A DNA stretch of 64,000 bases from NCBI GenBank assembly GCA_963727825.1, contig CAVSHO010000001.1:160001-224000 (forward strand), in the 5' to 3' direction. Both the position numbers and the translations under genes were made by a program. This DNA comes from Ignavibacteriota bacterium (GTDB lineage: Bacteria; Bacteroidota; Ignavibacteria; UBA10030). Each line of letters begins with the position of its first letter. Position 1 is the stretch's first letter. Positions 1 to 11,000 of the stretch are shown in pieces. Below the pieces are notes generated by a model. That model saw only the letters and a list, made by a program, of their open reading frames with translations, was not told the origin of the DNA and searched no databases.

Positions 1-485
1 AGATGACATCCCGTGGCAATATGCCGTCACTCCATATCAGCGGAGAATACGGTGTAAAGAACGGGCTCTATTTTCCCGACCTTAACATCATTCGCGGTAA
101 TTGGGCCCTTAGTGCACAATTACGCGTGCCTGTATTCGACGGCTATCGAGTCGATCATATGGAACAAGAAGCACAAGCGGCAATAAATGCGGAGCAGGCA
201 CATACACAAAACACTGAACGGCAAATTCGATCAGATGTTGAACAAACTCTTGCTGACTTTCAAGCATCAGCGAGAAAAGTGGAAATTACAAAAGTGCAGC
301 TTCAGCAGGCACACGAAGCTGTTGCAATTGCACGAACTCGTTACGAAACCGGTTCTAGCACCAATTTGGATTTACTGGATGCAGAGACTGCAGAGTCGGA
401 AGCTAAGTTAATGAACTTGGAAGCAATGTATCGCTTGGTCATTAGCAAATACGAACTTGATCGTGCTGTTGGAGTATCGTTTTAG
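1..485 (+). CDS. TolC-family outer membrane efflux protein, C-terminal part (5' truncated by window)
   Basis: OEP-repeat motifs VPVFDG, ARTRYETGSSTNLDLLDAE and terminal LDRAVG. Confidence 0.85.
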   Translation, partial: MTSRGNMPSLHISGEYGVKNGLYFPDLNIIRGNWALSAQLRVPVFDGYRVDHMEQEAQAAINAEQAHTQNTERQIRSDVEQTLADFQASARKVEITKVQLQQAHEAVAIARTRYETGSSTNLDLLDAETAESEAKLMNLEAMYRLVISKYELDRAVGVSF

Positions 486-516
486 AATTATTGATGTATG
501 GGTTAAAGTGAATAGC

Positions 517-1983
517 TTATAATTCGAACCACTGTCGGACAGTTTTCAAATTGGATTCCTTAAATAACTTGTGCGAGAATTCGTTGCTATGCACATTATA
601 TCTGTAATCTTTTTCCCACTTCCCGATATTTTTTTGTAATGACCGTAATGCATCAAGGATATTCGCAACCTCATCATCTGTTGTTGTTGGATGAATGGAC
701 AGCCGAATCCATCCGGGTTTCGTTGAAAAATCACCATGGTCGATGCGGTTTGTGATCTCATTTGAATGTTGCGGATCAACATGAAGTAAATAATGTCCAT
801 ATGTACCCGCACAATCGCACCCGCCACGCACCTGAATGCCAAAACGGTCATTGAGAATTTTAACCGCAAGGTTGTAATGAATATTTTCGAAGAAAAATGA
901 AATAATACCAAGCCGATGAGCAATATTGTCTGCAAGAATATGCAGGCCGGATATTGTACGCATTTCTTTTAAAGGTACAGGGACAATTTCTTTCTCACGT
1001 TTGAGCATCTGTTTCACACCCATTTGTTCTTTTAATTCTACGGCCAGCGCGGATCGAACGGCCTGTAAAAATCCTGGTGTGCCGCCGTCTTCACGTTCTT
1101 CGATGTCAGGTTTGTAACGATATGTTCCCCATGGATTTGTCCAGAGGATGGTACCGCCACCGGGTTGATCTGGAGATTTAAGATGATATAGTTCCGAATC
1201 GAATACCATCACACCAGACGAACCAGGGCCCCCTAAAAATTTGTGCGGTGAGAAAAAAATTGCATCCAATCGCTCCAAGGGATCGGCAGGATGCATGTTG
1301 ATGTTTACGTATGGCGCAGATGCAGCAAAATCGATGAAGCAAATTCCGCCATGTTCATGCATAATTTTTGCCAGTTCATGATAGGACGTTTGAATACCGG
1401 TTACGTTGGAACAACCAGTAAATGAGCCGATTTTCAAGGGACGATTTTTATATTGCTCTAAGGATTCCCTGAGACTGTCTGTATTGACGAGTCCTTCTTG
1501 TGTCGGCGGAATGACACATACATCGGCAATTGTCTCATACCATGATGTATGGTTTGAGTGATGCTCCATATGTGTTATGAAAACGACAGGTTTCTTATCA
1601 GATGGAATAGTAATAAACTGATTTAGCTGGTCCGGGTATTTCAACCCTAACATTCTTTGGAACTTGACCAGCGCGGCGGTCATACCAAATCCGACATTCA
1701 ATAAAGCATCTTTCGGTCCTGCGTTAACATGATGTTTTATTACTTCGTGAGCATGATAATACGCTTGCGTCATCATTGTACCGGTGATATTTGTTTCCGT
1801 GTGTGTGTTACCGACGAACGGGCCGAACACTTTATGCATCTTCTCTTCAATAGGAGCATACAATCTTCCGCTGGCTGTCCAATCTGCGTATGTGATTTTC
1901 TTCGTACCGTACGGCGAACGAAAAGTTTGTTTTATTCCAACAATGTTTTTACGGAATTGCGAAAAATATTTTTCTATGTTCAT
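517..1983 (-). CDS. Class V PLP-dependent aminotransferase (cysteine desulfurase/selenocysteine lyase-like)
   Basis: YADWTASG, EHHSN, DFAAS, SPHKFLGG (PLP lysine), GGTP, RGGCDCAG. Confidence 0.85.
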   Translation of the reverse strand: MNIEKYFSQFRKNIVGIKQTFRSPYGTKKITYADWTASGRLYAPIEEKMHKVFGPFVGNTHTETNITGTMMTQAYYHAHEVIKHHVNAGPKDALLNVGFGMTAALVKFQRMLGLKYPDQLNQFITIPSDKKPVVFITHMEHHSNHTSWYETIADVCVIPPTQEGLVNTDSLRESLEQYKNRPLKIGSFTGCSNVTGIQTSYHELAKIMHEHGGICFIDFAASAPYVNINMHPADPLERLDAIFFSPHKFLGGPGSSGVMVFDSELYHLKSPDQPGGGTILWTNPWGTYRYKPDIEEREDGGTPGFLQAVRSALAVELKEQMGVKQMLKREKEIVPVPLKEMRTISGLHILADNIAHRLGIISFFFENIHYNLAVKILNDRFGIQVRGGCDCAGTYGHYLLHVDPQHSNEITNRIDHGDFSTKPGWIRLSIHPTTTDDEVANILDALRSLQKNIGKWEKDYRYNVHSNEFSHKLFKESNLKTVRQWFEL

Positions 1984-2071
1984 ATTATTGCTTCTCTAAT
2001 ATTCAATCAGGTAGAGGCGTTCAATTTTTATCCGCCGTCTTTGTGGCGGAGAACGCCTCTACAACGTAAAA

Positions 2072-3344
2072 TTATATTTGTGATAATGCCTGATCCAAAT
2101 CCCAAATAATATCTTCTGCCGCTTCGACTCCTACAGAAAGACGTAGCAAGTTATCAGTAATGCCAAATTCTTCTCGCTTATGCGGTTCTACGGCAGAGTG
2201 CGTCATTGCTGCCGGATGTTCGGCAAGCGATTCTGTCCCGCCAAGACTGACTGCGAGCTTTACCATTTTAAGTGAATCCAGAAATCGGAATGAAGCTTGT
2301 TCATCACCCTTAATAATAAAACTGATCATTGCTCCGGGTGACAGGCATTGCTTTTTGTAGATAGTATACTGTGGATCGCCTTCCTTAAGTAATCCAAGAT
2401 ACAGCACCTTCTCAACTTTAGGATGTGTGGAAAGCCATTCGGCAATTTCTTGTGCACTTTCCGCTGAAGTGGTCATCCGCATCTTGAGTGTTTCAAGACT
2501 CCGCAGAAGTAACCAGCCGGTCAATGGACTTGCCACTGAACCGAAAGCAACGCGCAGTGATTTGATACGGTTAATAAGTTCTTTGGAACCAAGGCATGCA
2601 CCGGCGACGACGTCACTGTGGCCGCCTATATATTTTGTTGCTGAATAGAGAACAAGGTCAACACCATGCTTGATGGGGTGTTGGAAGACAGGCCCGAGAA
2701 ATGTATTGTCCACTGCTGTATAGACTTTGCGTTCTTTTGTTGAAAAGTGTTTTGCAATATCCACACACATTTCAATATCGATTAAGCAATTAGTCGGATT
2801 TGCCGGCGTTTCAAAGAAGATCATCCGAAGTTTATCTGCAGCACCCGCCTGTTCCACCATATCGATGATCTGTTGTTTAGTGTGTTGTACGCCAAAGTCT
2901 ATAGTTTTAATGCAAAACTTTGTTAGTACGGATTCGAAGAGATATTCTGTGCCGCCATAAATAGGTTCACTGCTTAAAAGAACATCTCCCGGCTTTAATA
3001 GTTCGAGTACAGTCGGTACTGATAGCTGCCATACCGCTATCAAAAACTGCGCAAGCTTCAGCTTCATCCCAAATAGTCAGGCGGTCTTCGAGAATTTCCA
3101 GATCCGGATTATTAATACGGCTGTAGATGAGTCCGGCGCCATGCTTGCCCGGTTCACGCACGCCATGCGCCATCTCAAAAAACTCTTTTCCATCATTGGC
3201 ATTTTCAAAGACGAAAGTTGAAGTTTGAAAAATAGGGCACTTTACAGCACCTTCCGACCATTCCGGTTTATAGGCATAGCCCATCATCAGAGTTTCGGGT
3301 TTAAGCGTTTTCTTTTTTCCGTTAGCGATGAGTTCTTTATCCAT
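2072..3344 (-). pseudogene. Methionine gamma-lyase/cystathionine gamma-synthase family enzyme split by a +1 frameshift near 3015 (possibly an assembly error)
   Basis: ORF 2967-3344 gives PIFQTSTF, YSRINNP and SGMAAIS. ORF 2072-3067 continues with VLELLKPGD, ETPANP, DNTF, YSATKYIGGHSD and SLGG. Removing one base of ACCGACT joins them. Confidence 0.85.
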
Positions 3345-3498
3345 AAAAGTACCTCATTGAATAGTGGTGGGAAATTTGTTGTGGAGGAAGGTACGAGAAT
3401 ATTTTTGAAAGTCAATTATGCACATTGAAACAGAAACAATTACTAAGGCAAAAAATATTGTTGCTAAAACGATCCAATATATAGTATCAAAAATAGAT

Positions 3499-3532
3499 CA
3501 GCCCTCCAAAGAAGTGTATCTTCGGAGGGCTG
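3499..3532 (-). terminator. Probable intrinsic terminator downstream of serC
   Basis: Hairpin CAGCCCTCCAAAGA/TCTTCGGAGGGCTG, followed by a T-rich tract on the minus strand. Confidence 0.55.
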
Positions 3533-3651
3533 TGTATATTCGATCCAAAAAGTGCTGTGGAAAGTTTTTTCTCTCAACAAGCCATATTTAACCGGCAGAA
3601 TACCTGCCTAAAAATCGGCGGATATAAAAGTCTCAACAGCACAGATATATT

Positions 3652-4737
3652 TTATCCTTTATTTGCCTTATAAAATTCTTCCATATGTTTAGCCAATAAT
3701 TCCACTGATTCCATAGGGCAGGCGTTATAAATGGAAGCGCGCATGCCGCCAACAGAGCGATGGCCTTTTAGTCCGAGCATCTTCTTTGCTTTTGCCTCGG
3801 CTATAAATTTCTCTTCCAACTCCGGTGTCGGCAAATTCCAGGTAACATTCATAAGAGATCGGTCTTCTTTGTTGACAACGGAGCCCTTATAAAATTCCGG
3901 ATATGCATCGAAGATATCATAAATAAGTTTTGCTTTCTTTTGATTGCGTGCCTGAATAGCGTCTAACCCGCCTTCTTTGATAATCCATTTTAATGTTCTA
4001 CCGACCACGAATACCGGCAGGCAGGGAGGTGTGTTGAACATAGAACCCGCATCGACATGTGTTTTGTATTTCAGTATTGAAGATAAATTTTGTTTTGCTT
4101 TTGCTTCCATCCATGCTTTTTTAATTACAACCATAACAACGCCGGCAGGACCTAGGTTTTTTTGTGCACCTGCGTAAATGAGACTGTACTTTTTAAAATC
4201 ACGTTTGATACCAAGCATATCAGACGACATATCGGAAACCAAAGGCACATTGCCAACGTCGGGATCGGTTTTCCACTCAGTGCCAAAGATTGTATTATTT
4301 GTGGTGATGTGTACGTAGTCGGCGTCGCCGGAGAATTTAATATTTTTCGGTAATTGATTGAAGTTTGTCGGTTTCGACGAGGCAACTTCAATTGCATTTC
4401 CAAGAATCTTTGCTTCCTTCAGCGCTTTCGATGCCCATTCGCCAGTATTGACATAATCGGCTTTATTCTGGAGAAAGTTCATTGGCACCATTGCAAACTG
4501 CAAGCTTGCTCCGCCGCCCAGAAAGATTACTGCATATTCTTCCGCTGATAATCCCATAATACTCAGTGCATCGGCTTGAGCTTCTGCCACTACTTTATCA
4601 AAAGCTTTATCTCTGTGGCTGATTTCCATTATTGAAACGCCGATACCCGCAAAATCCATTACAGCGTCGCGTGTCTCTTCAATAACAGAAAGAGGGAGAA
4701 CAGCCGGTCCAGCGAAGAAATTATGTACACGTGCCAT
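3652..4737 (-). CDS. serC: Phosphoserine aminotransferase
   Basis: NFFAGPAVLP, EISHR, GGGASLQF, DMSSD, YAGAQKNLGPAG, NTPP, KGHRSVGGMRASIYNA. Confidence 0.95.
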   Translation of the reverse strand: MARVHNFFAGPAVLPLSVIEETRDAVMDFAGIGVSIMEISHRDKAFDKVVAEAQADALSIMGLSAEEYAVIFLGGGASLQFAMVPMNFLQNKADYVNTGEWASKALKEAKILGNAIEVASSKPTNFNQLPKNIKFSGDADYVHITTNNTIFGTEWKTDPDVGNVPLVSDMSSDMLGIKRDFKKYSLIYAGAQKNLGPAGVVMVVIKKAWMEAKAKQNLSSILKYKTHVDAGSMFNTPPCLPVFVVGRTLKWIIKEGGLDAIQARNQKKAKLIYDIFDAYPEFYKGSVVNKEDRSLMNVTWNLPTPELEEKFIAEAKAKKMLGLKGHRSVGGMRASIYNACPMESVELLAKHMEEFYKANKG

Positions 4738-5017
4738 AGGTTTTATCCTTTCTAAGTTTAATTTGCAATAACAGCGGGAGTTCTTTCGATCACTTTAACA
4801 TACTAATATTTTTATAAACTGTCTACATCAATTTATTAGATATATGAAAATAATTTTTCCAATTGAGAATACAATGTTGCTGGTTATGAAATTTTTTGGT
4901 ATAATCTGTACAGAATAATTCACCAGGTAATTTTTCCTTCGGCATTCGTAGCCCCTCGGTAATCAAACAGAATGATTGCCTTAGGAATTTAACTATAATA
5001 ATCCCATGGAGTTTACT

Positions 5018-5926
5018 ATGAATATTCTCGTATCTGATGGAATCACGCAAGAAGGCGCAAAAATTCTTACCGATGCCGGTCACAAGGTAGATAAACTCAA
5101 GCTGACACCAGAAGAGTTGCTAAAGAAGATCGGTGACTATGATTGCATCATTGTTAGGTCTGCAACAAAAGTAACAAAGGAAGTGATAGAAGCTGGAACA
5201 AAACTCAAGGTGATTGGACGTGGCGGTGTCGGACTTGATAATATAGACGTGGCTTTTGCGCAAAGTAAAGGGATAAAAGTTTTAAACACGCCTGCTGCTG
5301 CATCGGTATCCGTTGCAGAGCTTGCCATTGGGCACATGTTCGCTGTATCGCGTTTCTTGTATATAAGTTCAATGGAAATGCGGCAAGGCAAATGGCCGAA
5401 GAAAGAATATGGAGAGGGAAAAGAACTTTTCAAGAAAAATCTTGGCGTACTCGGATTCGGCAATATTGGCAAAGAAGTTGGACGCCGTGGGAATGCGTTG
5501 GGAATGCATGTGATGGCATATGATCCGATTGTCAACACTGTCGATTTTCCAGTTGAGATGACTACTAAAGAAAAAATTCTTGCCGATTCCGACTTTATCA
5601 CTCTTCATCTCCCATTGAATAAAAAAGAAGGACCGGTTATTGGGAAAAAAGAGTTTGATATGATGAAACAGGGAGTTGTGATTATCAATTGCGCACGCGG
5701 CGGCGTTGTAGATGAAGCTGCATTGCTTGAAGCTTTGAATTCAGGCAAAGTTGCGGCAGCTGGAATAGATGTATTTGCAAATGAACCACCAACCGATGCG
5801 CAGAAAGCTCTAATCAATCACCCGCATGTTAGTGTTACACCGCATATTGGTGCCTCTACAGTCGAAGGACAGGAGCGGGTTGGTGCGGAGATCGCGAATA
5901 GAATAGTAAAAGCATTCAACGCTTAA
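5018..5926 (+). CDS. serA: D-3-phosphoglycerate dehydrogenase (short form, no ACT domain)
   Basis: VRSATKV, RGGVGLDNID, GFGNIG Rossmann motif, NCARGGVVDE, TPHIGAST. Adjacent to serC. GGAG RBS before ATG 5018. Confidence 0.85.
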   Translation: MNILVSDGITQEGAKILTDAGHKVDKLKLTPEELLKKIGDYDCIIVRSATKVTKEVIEAGTKLKVIGRGGVGLDNIDVAFAQSKGIKVLNTPAAASVSVAELAIGHMFAVSRFLYISSMEMRQGKWPKKEYGEGKELFKKNLGVLGFGNIGKEVGRRGNALGMHVMAYDPIVNTVDFPVEMTTKEKILADSDFITLHLPLNKKEGPVIGKKEFDMMKQGVVIINCARGGVVDEAALLEALNSGKVAAAGIDVFANEPPTDAQKALINHPHVSVTPHIGASTVEGQERVGAEIANRIVKAFNA

Positions 5927-5931
5927 AAAGC

Positions 5932-7173
5932 ATGGCAACGATCCGATCGTTTAAAGCATTTCGGCCGAAACCTGAATTCGCGGGCGAAGTCGCAGCAAGA
6001 CCTTATGATGTGCTGAACTCAGATGAAGCACGCGAAGAAGTAAAAGGACACCCGCTTTCGTTTTTGCACATCGGCAAGCCGGAGGTCGATCTCGATCCGA
6101 GTATCGACCTCCACGATAAGCGTTTGTACGAAAAAGGAAAAGAGAATCTCCAGAAACTCATTTCCCAAAATATTCTGGTTCAAGATTCTGCATCATATTT
6201 GTATGTGTATGCACAGACAATGGGCAAGCATACTCAGTACGGTCTTGTAGGTTGTGCATCGGTTGATGAATATTGGAACAATACTATCAAGAAACATGAA
6301 TTGACGCGAAAAGATAAAGAAGAAGATCGCTGCGAGCATGTGCGCGTTACAAATTCCCATTCCGGCCCGATATTCCTTACATACCGTGACAACGATGAAA
6401 TCAATAATATAGTTGCAGGCATAATAAGTAAATCGCCGGAGAATGATCACACAGCGTTAGACGGTATACGGCATCAAAGCTGGGTGATAAAAGATAAAGA
6501 GGTAATCCGGAAGATCGCCTCAATCTTTAAAACAATTCCAAACCTATATATTGCAGATGGACATCATCGTTCGGCGGCGGCAGCAAGAGTTGGAAGAGAA
6601 CGCGCGAGTGCAAATCCCAATCATCGAGGAGATGAAGAGTATAATTTTTACTTAGCTGTTTATTTCCCTGCAAGTCAGCTCCGCATTATGGATTATAATC
6701 GGTTGGTTAAAGATCTATGCGGTATGACGAAAGAGGAATTCTTTGCGAAATTGAAACCAAACTTCGATATCGATGAAGCTTTTGCACAAGTGGAGCCTGC
6801 GAAAAAAGGCGACTTCGGAATGTATCTCGAAGGTAAATGGTACACACTCTCCGCCGGCACCGCGTTACAAGGCGTTGCCGATCCGGTCCTACAGCTTGAT
6901 GTTTCAATTCTGCAAAATCATTTGCTTGACCCGATTCTCGGCATTAAAGATCCACGCGTTGATAAACGAATTGATTTTGTCGGCGGTATCCGCGGCTTAG
7001 GTGAATTGGAACGGCGCGTCAATTCAGGCGAAATGAAAATTGCTTTCAGCATGTTTCCAACTTCTGTTACCGAATTAATGGCTATTGCCGACGACGACGA
7101 ACTCATGCCGCCTAAGTCAACGTGGTTTGAGCCAAAACTCCGCGATGGATTATTTGTGCACTTCTTGGATTAA
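5932..7173 (+). CDS. DUF1015 family protein
   Basis: PYDV, IKKHELT, YIADGHHR and MPPKSTWFEPKLRDGL motifs; typical serC/serA neighbour. Confidence 0.9.
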   Translation: MATIRSFKAFRPKPEFAGEVAARPYDVLNSDEAREEVKGHPLSFLHIGKPEVDLDPSIDLHDKRLYEKGKENLQKLISQNILVQDSASYLYVYAQTMGKHTQYGLVGCASVDEYWNNTIKKHELTRKDKEEDRCEHVRVTNSHSGPIFLTYRDNDEINNIVAGIISKSPENDHTALDGIRHQSWVIKDKEVIRKIASIFKTIPNLYIADGHHRSAAAARVGRERASANPNHRGDEEYNFYLAVYFPASQLRIMDYNRLVKDLCGMTKEEFFAKLKPNFDIDEAFAQVEPAKKGDFGMYLEGKWYTLSAGTALQGVADPVLQLDVSILQNHLLDPILGIKDPRVDKRIDFVGGIRGLGELERRVNSGEMKIAFSMFPTSVTELMAIADDDELMPPKSTWFEPKLRDGLFVHFLD

Positions 7174-7326
7174 TCTCGATTAGGATGTAGAGAGTATTTT
7201 TACGAACACGGGGATACCTGTTCTCACACCGCTCGTTGCTTCTCTTTCCCTTGTTTTCTAAATTGATTTCAATGATTACATCGATTTATCGCTGAGGGTA
7301 GATTAACTGATTTTACAAATTGGAGA

Positions 7327-8013
7327 TTGAAGATGGTTCGTTGGTTGTCAATTGTTCATTGTTCGTTGCTTGCTGTTTGGTGCTCGTTGTTTATTGCAGA
7401 GGCGCAACCTCGCATTGAAAGCCAATTTCGTATAGCACGCCTAAAGTACAGCGGTGGTGGCGATTGGTATAACGGTCCAACGGAAGAGGTAAATCTATTA
7501 AAATTTGTTCAACAGAACACAAATATAGATTGTGATCCTCGGTACGAGTTTGTCGATCTCTCCAGTGATAAACTTTTTTCATATCCATTCCTGTTTATGA
7601 CCGGACATGGCAACATCAACTTTTCTGATTATGAAGTGCAGCGGCTTCGCACATATCTGATACAGGGTGGATTTCTTTACGCAGATGATGATTATGGAAT
7701 GGATAAAGCTTTTCGGCGTGAAATGAAAAAGGTGTTTCCAGATCAAGAATTGATCGAGCTACCGTTTACCTATGGAATGTACAATTGTCACTTCCATTTC
7801 CCAAATGGTGTACCAAAGACGCATGAACATAACGGTAAGCCACCGCAAGGATTTGGATTGTTCCATAACGGCAGGCTGATTGTTTATTACACGTACGAAT
7901 CGAATCCTAGTGATGGCTGGGACGATCCTGACGTACATGGTGATCCTGAACCGGTGCGGCAAGAAGCGTTGCGGTTCGGAACAAATATTATTGTTTGGGT
8001 TCTGACACATTGA
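7327..8013 (+). CDS. DUF4159 family secreted protein
   Basis: Signal peptide; ARLKYSGGGDWY, YPFLFMTGHG, GGFLYADDDYG, DGWDD, ALRFGTNI. Confidence 0.85.
   Translation: MKMVRWLSIVHCSLLAVWCSLFIAEAQPRIESQFRIARLKYSGGGDWYNGPTEEVNLLKFVQQNTNIDCDPRYEFVDLSSDKLFSYPFLFMTGHGNINFSDYEVQRLRTYLIQGGFLYADDDYGMDKAFRREMKKVFPDQELIELPFTYGMYNCHFHFPNGVPKTHEHNGKPPQGFGLFHNGRLIVYYTYESNPSDGWDDPDVHGDPEPVRQEALRFGTNIIVWVLTH
7345..7396 (+). repeat. Degenerate heptamer tandem repeat (TTGTTCA-like, about 7 units) encoding the signal-peptide core of the DUF4159 gene
   Basis: ttgtcaa-ttgttca-ttgttcg-ttgcttg-ctgtttg-gtgctcg-ttgttta. Confidence 0.6.
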
Positions 8014-8076
8014 CTGCGATTGAAAAACAGGAAGTTAATAATTAATGGTTGAGTGATTTTGCGATTGTATGAATAA

Positions 8077-11000
8077 ATGATTCAAGGATTTTCTTCAATA
8101 TTAACAATGTTGTCACATCGATTAATGTTGGTTCAAAACAAACAGAACCGCGTTGATTTGTTGTCGAATGCCATTGTCTTCCTTGCAGGTGTTATCGCAA
8201 CAGTGACTGTTTTGGTTGTTGCGGAAATGCTGTTTGAGTTTTCCCGCATTGGGCGAACGGCTGTTTCTGTCCTTTTTGTTTTCTCATTTCTTGTCGTTAG
8301 CAGTTGGATGATGGGTCGTCCGTTTCTTCGTCTCGTTGGTATGTTATCCTCGGCAACGGAAGATTTGACAGCACGCCGCATTGGCGCTTTTTTCCCTTCC
8401 ATCCGTGATCGACTTCTCAATGCACTTCAACTTGCGAAAAATGCCGCATCCGATTCCTTAATTTATTCAGATGAGTTGATTGATGAATCGCTAAAAGATT
8501 TTGCCGCAGAAATCCAACCGCTCGATTTTGCGCAATCAGTAGATATGTCTCATCTTCCTTTAAATCGCCGCTGGCTAATGATCAGCGCTGGTATAACGAT
8601 TCTGGTTGTGTGCTTATTCCCGACATCTTTCTCCGGTGCAGCATACCGGTTGATTCATTTTACGCGCGAGTTCGCACCTCCGCCAAAATATTCATTTGAA
8701 GTTTCTCCCGGTAATAAGGAAATAGTTAAAGGTGAAAATGTTGCTGTTCGAGTCAAAGTCATTTCTCTTCTTCCGCAATTCGCTCTGCGACCAACAGATA
8801 TCACTATTTACCGACAGCAAGAGGGACAGGAGAATTATGATGGAGTTAAGGTGAAGCCGGATTCGGGCGGTATATACAATACAATATTTCAAACTTTGCG
8901 CGCATCGACAGAATATTTTGCGCGAATCGCAGATGCTGAGAGCGAGCATTATAAATTGATAATGCTGGATCGGCCATTGATTCGGTCCTTCCACGTAAGG
9001 CTCGAATACCCGGCATACACCAAAATTCCACCAAGAGCAATGGATGAATTTATCGGTGATGTTACAGCATTGGCAGGAACACACGTTACGATTTCTGGCG
9101 CAGCAAGCAAATTATTGAAGCAGGCGTTTATTCAATTTGGAAACAATATAGAACTTCCGTTGATAATACATGGAGAAAAGTTCTCAGCATCATTTCTCCT
9201 TCTTTCAGACAACTCGTATCATATTTCCGTCGTTGACGAAGAAGGGTTATCGAATAGTGAACCGGTTCAATATCAAATCAAAGTCGTGCCGGATGAATAT
9301 CCCACTATCGCGATAATCGAACCAGGCCGCAATATAGATATTGCCGGCGATCAGTCGCTGAATCTTCTTTTACAGGCAAAAGATGATTTTGGATTTTCCA
9401 GTTTGCGTCTGGGGTACCGACTAATAAAATCACGATATGAACAGGCGCAGACCGAATACACATTTGTTCCTATTTCCTTTTCCACAGATGCGGTGGGACA
9501 GATTGAATTGCCGTTCATTTGGAATCTTGCCAAACTCAATCTTGTGCCGGAAGATGTCGTTGAATATTTTGCGGAAGTGTTTGATAACGATAATGTAAAA
9601 GGACCGAAAAGCGGAAGAAGCAATCTCTATCTTCTTCGTCTTCCATCGTTGGACGAAGTTTTTACAGATGTCGATAAAGAGCACGAACACTCAATAGACG
9701 ACTTGAAACAATCACTTGAGGAAGCGAAGAAATTGAAAGGCGACATCGAATCCATTAATCGCGATTTGAAGAAGAACAAAGATCCCGATTGGCAGACACA
9801 GAAGAAAATGGAAGAAATGGCAAAGCAGTACCAGCAAGTGCAGAAGAAATTGGAAGATGTGCATTCGCGTATCGAGCAAATGACACAGCAGATGCAGCAG
9901 CAAAACGTACTTTCCAAAGAAACAATGGAAAAATACCTGGAACTTCAACAATTATTCCAGCAGCTCGATGCAACCGAACTGCAGAAAGCACTACAACAAT
10001 TGCAGCATCAAATACCGAATATCAGCAAGGACCAACTTCAGCAAGCAATGCAGAACATGACATTTTCAGAAGAACAATTCCGTCAAAGCATCGAACGAAC
10101 GCTGAATCTACTCAAGCGCATTCAGATTGAGCAGAAGGTGGATGAAGTAAAAAAACGTGCGGAAGAATTGGAAAAGACAGAAAAAGAATTGCAGGAAGAA
10201 AGTTCAAAGTCTTCTGATAATCCACAAAAGCAAAAGGAGCTGTCAAAGAAACAATCAGATCTTGCGAATAAAGAACAAGCTATGGAACGTGAAACAGCCG
10301 ATCTTCAGCGGCGAATGGAAGAATTTTTTACGGAAATGCCTGCGGATAAATTACAGAAGTTGTTGGAACAGGTTCAAAAACAACAAATTGATCAGAAGAT
10401 GCAGCAAGCCTCCCGGCAAATGCAAACAGGAAATATGCAATCAGCACAACAAATGCAAAGTCAGATCAGTCAACAGTTACAGCAATTCAGAAAGCAGATG
10501 GAAGCAATGCAGCAGCAAATGCTTCAACAGCAATCGCAATATGTAGTAACAGAACTGCGTAAAGCGAGCAGCGACATGCTGGAGCTTTCAAAAGATGAAG
10601 AAGCACTGAAACAACAATCGCAAAATGCGCCACAAAACTCTCCACAACTCCGGCAGAACGCAGAAGATCAACTGCAAGCGAGTCAGGATTTGAACAATGT
10701 CATCAAAGGATTGAGTGAACTGTCGCTAAAATCTTTTGTAGTGACGCCGGAAATAGGAAAAGCAATTGGCCAAGCGCTTGCACATATGAACAACGCTTTG
10801 CGTTCTCTTGAGGTGCGTAATGGTGCCCAGGCGTCACAGGAGCAAGGACTAGCAATGGCAGCACTTAATCGTGCAGCAATGCAGGTGCAGAATGCACTGC
10901 AATCAATGATGCAGGGCGGAGGCGGCGGTGCTGGAAGTTTGATGCAGCAACTGCAGAGAATGGCAGGTCAGCAAATGGCTATCAACATGCAGACACAGCA

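Noticed and set aside
3345-3650. SAM riboswitch or T-box upstream of the Met/Cys lyase
   Set aside because: No recognisable conserved motifs; only a terminator-like hairpin
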